DNA from: Pocillopora damicornis | Lineage: Eukaryota | Reading direction: 5' to 3' | Length of the DNA stretch: 64,000 bases | NCBI RefSeq assembly: GCF_003704095.1 | Contig: NW_020846169.1 | Span: forward strand, 62,001-126,000 | Part shown: piece after piece, positions 12,001 through 23,100 of the stretch | How the letters are laid out: each line of letters opens with the position of its first letter | Position numbering within the stretch: the stretch's first letter is position 1 | Translations under genes and position numbers: made by a program | Notes under the pieces: generated by a model | Databases searched by the model: none | What the model saw: only the letters and a program-made list of their open reading frames with translations | What the model was told of the DNA's origin: nothing

Positions 12001-13610
12001 TGCTGGAAAGGAGTTGAACAAGAAACTCAAATAAATAAAATGTTGAATTCTTTAAATAATATTATTTCACAAGTTAAGTCTTTTGTAATTTAAATCCCTT
12101 TCTGAGTGACAAAGCTGATGAAAACTTACAGAGTTTTTACTTCCCAGGATAAAGATACTGGATTCATCACTGCTTGACAACTGTAAGTCATCCTGTTGAT
12201 CTTAACCAAGAAGAGAGAGAACTTCAAAATAACATCTTCATAGTTAGTTAACTTTAGTTTCTACTTTTACCTTGCATTCATGGTGTTATTGAAAGCAACA
12301 TTGATTCTCAGACCCATCATATGATTCTTCACCTTTTAACTCCAAAGAATGACAAGCATTGTATCTCTCCTTACAATATCACCCCTAAATCAATTATTGA
12401 GGTCACAGGAATAAAGGAAATAATCACAAACTTAAGAAGCTCTTAATTGTTAAACAAATTCTCCATGTCAACACCTTAAGAAACATATAAGGAACAGTAT
12501 GGAGAATATGTATGCTGATGTTGGGGTGTAAAGAGTTAAAAGCAAAACTGATGTCTTTCCCTTAAGTAGTACGGTACTTAGCACCCAAATGCTACAGTTT
12601 CTTAGGCCTTACAATTTCTGACAAAATAAGAAAGGACACACCAATTCTTTTTCTGGAGGAACTTGAGAAAAATTAATACATATAATGGTGGCTTAACATT
12701 ACACTTATAGTATACATCTAGATTGGAAATACCTCTATTTGAATGGTTTTCAGTTTTATTCCTCTCTTCCACTGCCAAGTCCCAGATAGTCTTCTCTGAC
12801 CTAATAATGGTTGTTTGTTGATAAAACAGTAAATCATGAACTCAAGGTGGCTCAAGACAGTTTTTCATATAATCTATACCCTAATACTAAGCAACTGTTG
12901 AATGAGGTTGGGCATGATATCATGAATTATCTAAACTGAGGTCTGAGTTATCTGCTGAAGCCGAAGGCTAAGGCAGTTAACACAGACATGAGGTATGGAG
13001 CCTGCAATACAGAGTTTTAACAGCTGGCAGATAGGTGAATTTGACACGTGCTTAATTTGCCACTTGATAGTGAGACTCAAGAAAATTGTCATAGAGTTAA
13101 CCCTTCAACTCCCATGAGTAACCGAGACAGAATTTTTCCCTACAATATGAATACAATATCAACCAGATAAGTGACGAGAATAAAGAAAATTATCAATCAG
13201 GGGATAATTAGTTGGTCCAATACTAAATTCTCTGAACTAACATTATAAGAATTGTATGGTTGACTGTAAGAAAAATTACAAATTTGATCTGGGAGTTAAA
13301 GGGTTAAAGCAAAACAAACAATTTTAGTGCATAAACTTACTAAAGCTGATTGCTGAAATTCCATCAGCTAGGGTACTGATCAAAGTAAACAATAACATTT
13401 CACCGGTCTGCTTTGTGTATTCGCTAGAATTTGAGTTCACATCAAAGTTACAAGACTTGCATGGATTACTTATTTTCATTTACTAAGCTCATCGTTTCCA
13501 AAGCAACGGTCACAACATTGGCATCTTTCATACATCCAGTCTTATATACCACGAATAAAACCAGTATCCTAATAATTAAAAGAAATCTTTCCTTACCTCT
13601 TCTCAGTCAT
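3070..13610 (-). CDS. DYNC2LI1: Cytoplasmic dynein-2 light intermediate chain 1 (IFT dynein LIC), 17 coding exons
   Basis: Phase-consistent GT-AG exons at ~13597-13610, 12733-12800, 12130-12200, 11730-11764, 11297-11369, 10404-10492, 9601-9679, 9082-9134, 8093-8147, 7240-7307, 6162-6239, 5625-5704, 4891-4961, 4674-4719, 3942-3993, 3729-3821 and 3070-3153. The translation includes TIWDLA, the P-loop ILGSKNSGKTSIILRFLDR, HIWELGGG, VLDLSLPNELW, DPFPIPLAIIGGKYD, LRFVAH, DHNKPIIVPAGQDSF and DPQYAEPAVDTMRKQKDEELERY, collinear with vertebrate DYNC2LI1. Confidence 0.95.
3250..3461 (+). mobile_element. TTAA/piggyBac-type MITE family A (~210 bp); other copies at 10171-10379, 12328-12539 (rev), 20287-20501, 47018-47170 (partial), 54712-54869 (rev), 58790-58902 (partial)
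   Basis: Copies share the internal sequence tacaccctaacatcagtatg…gtgctgacaaggagaatttg…gatcatttcc…ggagaaattagatg. Termini are degenerate versions of TTAACCCTT…AAGGGTTAA. Confidence 0.85.
5787..5967. mobile_element. Degenerate palindromic MITE in a DYNC2LI1 intron
   Basis: Outer inverted repeat gtgaagtccatcgcgcgagt / actagcgcgacggacttcgc encloses a 16-bp inner stem cgccgcgtggaactct / agagttctgcgcggcg. Confidence 0.6.
6936..7211. mobile_element. 268-bp MITE with perfect 15-bp TIRs and TTAA target-site duplication (Kolobok-type GG…CC ends)
   Basis: ttaa|ggttacttcccacct (TIR 6940-6954) … aggtgggaagtaacc|ttaa (TIR 7193-7207). Confidence 0.85.
7364..7826. mobile_element. Inverted-repeat relic (Penelope-like termini) with a nested tRNA-derived repeat
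   Basis: The termini gatcgtgtagtctgat (7364-7379) and atcagactacatgatc (7811-7826) are 15/16 inverted, and similarity extends inward about 100 bp on each arm. Confidence 0.55.
7464..7695 (+). repeat. tRNA-derived repeat (SINE-like), circularly permuted; partial reverse copy at ~41423-41500
   Basis: Pol III A box tagctcagtcggtagagc (~7630) and a degenerate B box gggtccaaatacc (~7673). It cannot form a complete cloverleaf. The non-tRNA part (cttttcactactgc…gaagatc) lies upstream of the tRNA head. Confidence 0.7.
8515..8635 (-). mobile_element. CORE-type tRNA SINE fragment; related fragments at 18305-18402 (+), ~19690-19860 (-), ~52420-52550 (-)
   Basis: Shared motif gtgttcttgggcaagacac (or its reverse complement). 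The 18305 copy has a B-box-like ggttcaagacc. Confidence 0.6.
13097..13307. mobile_element. TTAA/piggyBac-type MITE family B; other copies at 18403-18540 (internally deleted), ~11449-11650, ~22780-22920, ~25395-25546; related element at ~51653-51870
   Basis: ttaa|cccttcaactccc … gggagttaaaggg|ttaa: 13-bp near-perfect TIRs beginning CCC, with a TTAA duplication. Confidence 0.9.
13494..13507. promoter_or_regulatory. Candidate RFX X-box in DYNC2LI1 intron 1
   Basis: GTTTCCAAAGCAAC is one mismatch from GTTTCCATAGCAAC and lies ~90 bp from coding exon 1, in CpG-containing promoter-proximal DNA. Confidence 0.5.
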
Positions 13611-13734
13611 TCTTGATTGAAAACGTCAGGGTGCGTGAAGTTAAACTATACGATGTAACGTTTTCCACTTCCGACATTTCTAGCTCTCATCAACATTGAG
13701 CCCGCAATAAAATTTCATAACCTATCCGCTGCTT
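13611..13734. promoter_or_regulatory. Bidirectional promoter DYNC2LI1/RWDD3
   Basis: Only 124 bp separate the divergent ATGs. The region is locally CpG-rich and has an ETS-like ccacttccg at ~13665. Confidence 0.8.
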
Positions 13735-15529
13735 ATGGATCCCTACCAGTTTCTTCAGAGCGAGGAAAGCAACGCCTGGCACAAAACTGTCATGTTCGCG
13801 CCAGAAGTGTTGGATGAAGTTATGGCCCTGAAATCTATTTTTTGTAACCCTAAAGAGTTTTGCTTGGTGAATCCGTCATCATTTGATGTCCTTGAGAAAA
13901 TCTCAGGACCAATTTCTTTCAAAATTTCCGTCAGTTGTGTCGTAGGGCGAGACTTATCAGAGGGGAACAGTCCTGTTTCAATCGTTGTGGAAATGACTGT
14001 TGTAATTTCAGATGAGTATCCCCAAAAATTGCCAGAAATATCACTATCATGCGCGGAAATGTCGAAGAAAGACTTGAATTCTTTGCGAAAAAATCTATTG
14101 GAGTTTGCAAACGATATTCGTCGTTCAAGTTCCGAGCCAATGATTATGGAACTGGTTTTGTGGCTGCAAGAGAATACTAAAGCTTTTTTATGTTTTGACA
14201 ACACAAGTGCAGCATCACAGTGCACAAATGGTGGCTACTGTGCAGATAAAATCATGATTTTACTCAAGATAGACCACATGCGGAGTAAAAATCGTTACAT
14301 AAAAACCATAACACGTTGGATTAAAGAGCTGAATTTAACTGGAAGACTCTTCCTCTTAAATGCTTTCATCTTCCTTTTGCTGACTGGGGATGCTAGTGAT
14401 GTCAAAGAATATTTACGAAAGCATAAAACTTGCAATGTTGACGTTGACTCTTCTGGAAAACCATGCAAGGAGAGAATGATGAATGTCTTGGTGCAAGAAC
14501 AAGCTCCACGCGATTTGAGGTAAAAATATTAAAACATGTACCACTTTAACAAGTGTTATGCGAACAATATCCAGTGGGTCAGTAAGAGTGTTGAGCAATG
14601 AATCAAAACTGTGAGGTCTATTTAAGAGAAAAAACTGTATATCAAGCCTTTTTCATCATCAAATTTAAGATAATTTTGTTTAATTAGAACCAAAAAGGTA
14701 TGAGACTGGTTTAAGGGGAAAGAATGTTATGAAAACTACACAATTTTTTTGTTACCATTATAAAGTTTTAATCAAAATGTACAAATTGTGTTTGAATATG
14801 CCACAATTTTGAAAAGAGACAGTAACTTGCACACACAAAACTACAATGCTTATTTCTTATACAGCTGCTACTGTTGTTATGCACAAAAAGTCATCATTTG
14901 AGTCAAGAATGCCTTTTTGTGTAGCTCATGAACAGATTGACTAGAGAAGGAAAAAAGAGGAGTCAGAGAGACTTTTTAGGTATCATGTCAGCATCCAGGT
15001 TGCAAAGCAAGATTCAAAATAGTGGAATCAATGGTAAAATTTTTACCACAGTGGAAGAAAATTTCTAATTGCTTGGGTCGTATTTGGAAAGCAAGATTCA
15101 AATAGTGGGATCAATGGTGAAAACAATGTCCATTTAATAACTCTATATATTCATACATATGGTACAGATACAAATTCAACTTTTTTCTGGAGCATGCTTC
15201 TTCATGAGGGATAGACTGAAAGTTTATATTTAGACTGATTTGTTAAAACAAACCCTCACATTATTCCTCCAAGTGACTGATATTCTGCTTCTCTTGACTT
15301 TCCCTCTCATTGCCATGGTAACATTGGCCCACCCTTACTTACAGCCCACTACTCTTCAGTTATAGAGCTATGTAATAATCATCACTAATCATATTACCTT
15401 TCTTTTTAAATTTGTAGGATTTCTGACTTTGACAAAGAAGAATGCAAATCTGCCTCACAACTAAAAGAAAGATTTATGGAACTACAACTTGAGGATCTTT
15501 TTAAGGAACACATTAACCCTCTGCTTTAG
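13735..15529 (+). CDS. RWDD3: RWD domain-containing protein 3 (RSUME); exons 13735-14519 and 15418-15529
   Basis: RWD domain (DEVMALKSIF…YPQKLPEI…EPMIMELVLWLQEN) plus the RWDD3 C-terminal signature LLKIDHMRSKNRY…LNLTGRL…VDVDSSGKPCKERMM. A phase-2 GT-AG intron completes the C-terminus (…LFKEHINPLL*). Confidence 0.92.
15309..15322. promoter_or_regulatory. Candidate RFX X-box (ATTGCCATGGTAAC) in the RWDD3 intron, 1.7 kb upstream of DYNC2LI1
   Basis: Full match to the RYYNYY-AT-RRNRAC pattern; function untested. Confidence 0.3.
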
Positions 15530-16740
15530 GTAATATACCAGGGCTACCAAAGAATTGAAACCTCTGATGAATATTTTTTTATACTACCCTTTGTATGTGT
15601 ATGGTGGTCATAAGGATGTACAAGACCTTAATAGAGGCAAGCCTTCTTTCTGTGGTATGAGGTTAATGTATGCTAGGGTTATTTCTCCTAAGGTTGGGAC
15701 CATGATGGCAAACATAATTCAGTAGTACCGACTTACACTCTGGGAAAGGGAACTGCCAAGGAAATTGTGAGTCACTGGCTGAAAGCTATCAATTTCCCAT
15801 GCTAAAAAAAGGGGGACTGCCAGGTGAATTTTGGCTGGTAATCAACCCTTAGAATAAAGGGCTAACTGATAATGAGTTTTCACTATTGAAGTTGTTCAAT
15901 AATACTAAAAACCATTTAAACAAAAGCATCAAGATAAATACCTTTATGGTAAAACTTATCTAGGCAAAGCAAAGTCATTGGTATGGAATAAATTCCCATT
16001 TAAACTGTTGTCTTCCCTTTTATGGTTAATTGTGAGCACTAACAGGTATGACAATCTTGCTTGAAATTTAATTGAGTGATTGTTTTTAACATTTTTCTGG
16101 CTTTTATAGCTTATAATTTCCCTAAACAAATTTCCTATTGAAATTTGCCACTGTAACAACATGCAACGTGTGAATGGGAATGTGAATTTAGCAGTGGACA
16201 CTCCACAAGGTGGCTCTTCTTGTGTGTTTCCAGTGTTATGAGTAATTGTTGTTCTTAATAGAAGCTCCTAGAAATCTCCAGACTGCTTAGTCATGCCAAA
16301 ATGTGTACCATAGAACTTACTTGAACATTTCATCAAGTCACACAGTTATTACATAATACCATTAAAATAGTTTTTTATAAGCTTCTGGAATGTCCAAGAG
16401 CACTTTGTAAATGTCTATACAGACTCAGTTACATAGTAGTTGTTATTGTTGTTGGGAGTGACCAACTGTTTAGAAAGCTATACCGTGAGAGAGAGCTACA
16501 GTGGAAGATTGCTAAGTTCAAGAAAAGTTGGGGGAAACTGTGAGTTTGGCCCTGTGGTGAGCCAATATATAGACTGTAGTGGGCTTAAGTAAGTTTATTG
16601 AGCATAAGTACTGTACTGCCTTTAGGAGTCACTCCTTATTAAGAATATCACTAGTTGTTTAATGAAGTAGTTGAGTTTGTAAGATTCTAGTGTTTTTCTG
16701 TCTGTTAGATTATACGATACGGTAATACTAGGTTGAATTA

Positions 16741-16908
16741 AAATTTGGAATGTTGGTTTTTGTGGAGGAGGGAAGCCTGGAGAACTGGAGGAAAACCCAT
16801 GGAGCAACAAGAAGAACCAACAATAAACTCAACCCACATGTGACACCACATCTGGGAATTGAACCCAGGCTACAGCAGTGGAAGGCGAGCACTCTCACTA
16901 CTAAGCCA
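16741..16908 (-). mobile_element. tRNA-derived SINE with conserved central domain (V/Meta-SINE-like)
   Basis: On the minus strand: A box tggcttagtagtgag, B box gggttcaattcc, then a gggttttcctccagttctccaggcttccctcc core. Confidence 0.75.
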
Positions 16909-17188
16909 ACATGAACAACTGTATTCTCACCACTGTGTAAAAAAATGATTTATTGAAGAATACATTATCAGTTACAAAAAAGTCTCTGCCTGTAGGCATC
17001 AAGCAAACTCCTTACTACTGTACTTGTCTCATTCATATTACAATTAATGGGTCTTTTTGCCTGCAATCTGTTGCTTTGCTAACACTTTATGCATACAACA
17101 AATAAAAACAGTGCAATTAGTTGTGTCACTGGAGAGAGCATTGTAAATATTATATCACATAATATTCCTTTTGATCTCAATGTGACAG

Positions 17189-20100
17189 TTATTTAAGCAG
17201 ATCATCAGAATCTAGGGAACTCAGTGATGAACTAGAAATGTTTCCTATTCCAATTCCAGACCCTCCTACAAAGAAAAAAAAACAGTTATTTTCCCTATTG
17301 CATGTATTTTTTTAAGTATAAAATCTAAAAGAACATCAAAGGCAAAAAGGTTCATTGAAATGAACATTATGCAAGCATAAATAAATTTTATTTGGAGAAG
17401 ATTGGCACTAATGGAAAAATTGTCACTGATGACAATATTTCTTTCTGGAATAGAACTCTCCCTTCCCATAACCAGTATGAAACAGTTTTGACACTTAATA
17501 AATTCAGAGAAAGTCTAAAAAGCTGCCAGGCTGGAAAGATTCTATCTCTTCCTTTACCACTTGTGTTAGACCTTGGTGATGCAGTTGGCACTACAAGGTC
17601 CATACTGTGCTGATAAAGTGACAATCTACATTCCCATCAAGAGGAACAAAGACTGTGGAAACAAGACAGCTAGAGTATCTGAATTATTTTTGCTATTCCT
17701 ACCTCTAGGTACTGTACCTGCATATGATCTGTCAAGCTGCAGGGAGGTAAGGTCTGTATCACTGGGGCTGCTGGCATCAAGTGTTGTCAAACTTAGATCA
17801 CTATCACTACTACTTGATAAGACAAGATCATCTGAAACTCCCTTAGATTTCTGTTTGACAGCTTTTTTCTTTGGTTTGGAGGCACCATTGGTCATTGTGG
17901 TTTGGTTGGTTGAGCGTGGTCGAACCTGTCTCAGAGAAGAGTTGCTACCTGTATGGTGAACAAAACAGAAAGTGCCTTGCTAAGAGGATTTCACAAAATG
18001 AAATCTGTACAGCTTCCCCACATGCTTCCATGACTACAAATGATCCCCAATTTGAACTTCAAACTATTGCCCGTTGCAAATTCCCGTTCAAACTTCTGGA
18101 ATTATTTATATTTTTTCTAAGGTTCCACAAATGGCTAATTTATTAGAAATCTAAAACTAAACTTGAATAAATAAATGAATAAATAAAATTATTCCCAGGA
18201 TCCTACATTGAGGATTAAAAATTGTTCCTTGAAATTTTTACCACATACTCCTTATATTTCAGTATATTTGTAGTCATGACTGTGATCTGTGTTGTCTTAA
18301 ACTGGGAGGTGCAGTGGCCCAGAGAGAGGCCCAGGTTCAAGACCTGACCGGGACAATGCATTGTGTTCTTGGGCAAGACACTTCACTCTCACAGTGCCTC
18401 TCTTAACCCTTTAACTCTCATAAGTGACCAAGACAGAATTTCTCCTCACAATATCAATATCAAGCAGACAAGTGATGAGAATAGAGAAAAATATCATTTA
18501 GAGGATTATACTACTGAGATCTTGGGAGTTAAAGGGTTAAGGGCACACTTAATTTGGAGCCTCACTCTGTTGTGTGTCCCTCACCTTCATGATGAAAGTA
18601 ATTTTAAAAAAATTCTCCCTTCCCTGACATCCATGCTAAGTACCAAAATAAGCACAACATTTTGGCATCTTATCCAGGAAGATTACTTGCCTCTTAATAC
18701 TCAAAACAAAACAGGTTGAAAACTATGATAACATTACTCTATCATCTTTTGAAAACTTAGGGAAGTTTCAAATTTGACAAGACTTCTCCACAGGGTTCTA
18801 AATGTCTTACTTGAAACTCCCGATTGCCTGATGCTGGACTGAAGTTCTGTTTCTAGTTCAGAATATTGATTGCTCACTTTGTTTACAAGGTGTCTGCACG
18901 TAAACAAAAACATGTATCACTGATCACAAAACAAACAAAATAAACAATAAGACAAATATTTATATCAATACTTAAAGTAAGCAATTCACGGTATTCACTG
19001 ACAAGAGTATTTGCCAATGAGCATTAATATTTTCTTCATTAACTCCTAAGCATAAGAGGATCAAACTGTGTATTTACAAATGTTCCTAAGATGACTTACT
19101 TAAGTTGCTGTATCTCATATGAGTCAGATTGTCTCTCATCAACAATGCTGCTTAGGCTTCTTGATTGTGAGCGCTGATTCTCAGACAGTGATGACAAAGC
19201 CTGCACAAAAAATATTTCTGATCAATACTTTTTTTATAACCCAATGTAAACGCTAAATAAACTTTATAAATGTAAACAAAAACAATGGAAGGGAATACTT
19301 ATTGTTTATAATAGTTAATGATTCAAGAGGAATCTATTGAGGTACAATATATGAAGTGGAACATAGGGATCCTAGATCAACATAGAAAACTGACCTATTT
19401 GGACAAAGATACCAATCAAGTAGAACTACATTAACAACATTACACGATCAAGTGTTAAATTCAGAAACTTACTTTGTCCAACCTCTCTTGTTTATAAAGA
19501 ACGTCTCTGGAATCAGCAACTGTAGAGTGTAGCTCAAGCTCCATTTTACCTGTTTTGTTTTTATTCATAACAAAGATAAGAAATGTAAGATACAAGGAAG
19601 ATTAGGTAAATATTACACGACTGAGCACTCCAGAAATGTGGTCCAAAGTGTGTGTGCTTCATCACGGTTTTCACATGAAGTAATTGAGGTTATTGCAACT
19701 CTCCCTGAACAGGAGGCTAGTCCACAGCAACCCCTCACCCTTCCTGAGGCTTTTTGTGAGGTACCACAACAACCTCCTATACACATTAATTAATACTCCT
19801 GGGTAGAGAGAAGCTTGGTGAGAGTAAAGTGTCTCATCCAAGAACACCACACAACTTTGTCAGAGCTGAAAGCCCCTACATTCACCATATCCACAATTAT
19901 ACAGCTTGCTAACCAGAAGGATGAAACGTCTCCCCAATTTTAAATATATAAACATAAGCTAATTTAGTATTAACAACTGAGTTAGATATATAAATAAAAA
20001 TACATATACTGTTCTTTTGAGTGACAAGACAATTTTTGATGAATTTTTTGTTAAAACTTATGCAATGTAGCAATTATTTGTGCCTTTTTCATACCCAGTC

Positions 20101-23100
20101 TTGTTTTAAGGTGCTCAATATTCCTTTGTAAAGACTCTGTTTCTTCTTCAATAATTCTTTTCCTGTAAAGGGTTTTACAAAATAAGGATAAAATTCTAAA
20201 TTACAGGCATGATTATAATATAATTACTACTATGTTATGGAAATCAGTAAGAAGCCTTTGTAAATCAACTAGTCAGTGTAAGAATGTTCATCATTTACAC
20301 CCTAACATTGATATCCAAAATTATTCTCCACACTTTTCTCTTCATGTTTCTTAAAGTACTGACAAGGAGAATTTGTTTGACAATCAAGGGCTACTTAATA
20401 GGCAACCATTTCTTTTATTCGCATGACCTTTATATTTGATTAAAGGATGACACTGACTGGAGAAATTAAAAGCCAGTCAATCTTAGGGGTTAAAGGGTTA
20501 AGACTGTATGGTTAGAGGCTGATATCAGTTGTGTCTTTTCAAGTCTTATTTTAGGAGAACCAAATAGTACATATGAGGTCAGATCTAACCCATTTGAACC
20601 TCTTAGCATTGCAAGGCACTAAACTCTAACAAAGATCAGTAATACTTTAATCATCCTTTACTGCTCTTCTTTCTTAGACTAAGCAATGCAAGAAAGTTTA
20701 TTCTTCAGAGATTGAAGTTTTCATTTAAGATAAGTAACATCTTCAATATGAGAAAATAAGTTGACAAAACAAACCTCAAAATCATGCAACACGCAAAACT
20801 GTTCTTAACATCATTTTGATTCAATGAACGAAAGCATATATGCTGTTTCACTACAGTAGGTAATTTTTTCGATATAAGGTAGGTAAAGCAAAAATATTTT
20901 ACAGAAATATTTACAGCAAAAATGATCAATTTGAAAAGAACACAAACAAAATTACTGGTATGTCTTCTAAAGTGTTTTTATAACCGAGGCAAAAGAGCGT
21001 TCATTGTTCAAGGCATTTAAATTTCGTGCCATGTCAGGCTTCCCTACTGTGATTCTTGAAACAATCCAAGCAGAACCTCTCACCACATGAATCACATCCC
21101 ATCCCACAGAACGTTGTCTTTTTTCTTTTCAAACATCTCTTACATCTTCCCTTGCTCATTTTTACAGGCCAATGTCCAGTCTGAACAGTTCCTTCTTGAA
21201 CAGCATGTTGCCAGGATGAGAAGTCACCAATCAGCATCTTCACCATTTCAATGAAAAACTGAAGCTGTGTGAAGTTTGGATGGTTATCCACAATTTGCAT
21301 TTAAATATGTGCATTCACAATGCTTACATCCAGACAAAACTATAACAGATACCGCCACCATTTATTTGCCCGTCGTGATGTATCGTAATATTGCCACATT
21401 TGATTACTGTGATCGACTCCCCCCATGTATTGGTTGTAAGGCTTTACCACCAGGAGAGAAGGAACTTCAATGTAGGTTCCATCCTTCTGTTTTCTGTGTA
21501 TGGTTTTGTTTCCTCTTGCATTGCAATGGGTACTTATAAAAGCCACAGCTTTTTTGTCCTTCCACATGGATGCAACAATGTTCCCTTTCCTACGAAAGAC
21601 AGATTCACCACGACGGAGCGATTTCACTTTGGGCTTGTTGGCTTTTAAGTCTTTAGGAAAGTCAGTTCTATTGGCACGTGTTGTTCCACAAAGATAGAGT
21701 TTGTCAGACAGTCAATCTTTAGCCAGTCAAACTGAAGTGAAAAAATTATCGCAAAAGATGTGATAATTTTTCCCCTTCAGATTGCTCACAAGTTTGCAAA
21801 CGACACAATGTCCAAGACCGTTTTCAGGCTGGCCACCATTAATTTTTGCCTGTGTAGACTTGCATTGTGCTTACAAAACCATTCGTCGCATCAGCAGGCA
21901 CCCATTTCACAGGCTTCATGGGCATGTACTGTTTGAAGCCAAGTCTTCCTTTGTACTTGACCATTCCTTTATCAGTTGAAACAAACTTCGATGGCTGATA
22001 TTCTTTGCAGAATGTGTTGGCTAGTCTATCCAATGCATTAGAATTAAATTCAGACTCTAAGGAAAGTCAGGTCACAATTAAAATAACACAAACCCTAAGA
22101 AGTTAGTCATTATATATTGTTAAATTTCTTTTGTATCTTGCCTACTTACGCCTCATTCATGACCACTGAGTCATTACTATAACGAGAATTGTTTCCAGCA
22201 GCATCTGGGCTCAGCTTAGTTTGGTTTCGTACCATATCCAACTGACTGAATACATCACGTTTAAACTGAAACACAAGAAATTGTTACAAAATTAAATTTG
22301 ATAACAAACCCATGTTGCCAATTAGGAGCAAGAAAGTCAGCTATGTTTCTCAACATAGTTTTATTAAAATGATATTATATATTCAATTTAAATCATTCTT
22401 TAGAACGTATAGAATAATCATGTAAACTCAAGATACATATCCAAAAGAAATATGAGGAAAAGAGAAATAATTTTAGAAGGGATGCAGCCTTAGATAAAAA
22501 TTGAATAGAATTCAAAACAGAGGGTACACGTACTTGTTCTAGTTTTCTTTCTGTTTCAAGGTCCACTCCTCTTTCTCTGAGCCTATCATTCAGTCTGTTT
22601 ATTTCATCTACATCACCAAATCAATTAAAAACACTTTTAATTAATTTCCGACAAAGGTTGAGACAAAAATCACAACTTTGTTATCAACAAATAGGAACTC
22701 CAATTAAAACACCCTCCCAAAAATATCAGTTCTTACTGTCAACTCTGTAACTTTCAGATGCAATTAACATGTAACTTCTTCCAATTCATGAGAATACTCA
22801 AACATACCAAGTGGAAGTTATCTTGATCAAACTCCAAGTTCTCATGACTTAATTTATAAAGAAATGTGTAATGGGTAGAGGGGAGAATTAACAATTAGAT
22901 CTTGGGGATTAAAGGCTTAATAAGATACATGAAAAAATTACTCAGTTCTGATTGGTTAAGATAAATGCAGTTTTCTGGTAATTTGATGCAGAAGAGGGTC
23001 AATTCAGTGCAAAGAAGTAGCAAACCAGACTGAACAATTCCTTGAACTGTTTAGCCAGACTTTGAACTTTTTTGTGCCTTAAAGATGTAAAAGTATCATT

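Noticed and set aside
13755-14225. 156-aa antisense ORF, and similar ORFs at 17573-17959, 40445-40720 and 48950-49309
   Set aside because: These are shadows on the opposite strand of real coding exons and have no recognisable domains.
16234-16720. Possible solo LTR
   Set aside because: It has a TG start and LTR-like texture, but no second copy, TSD or PBS could be identified.
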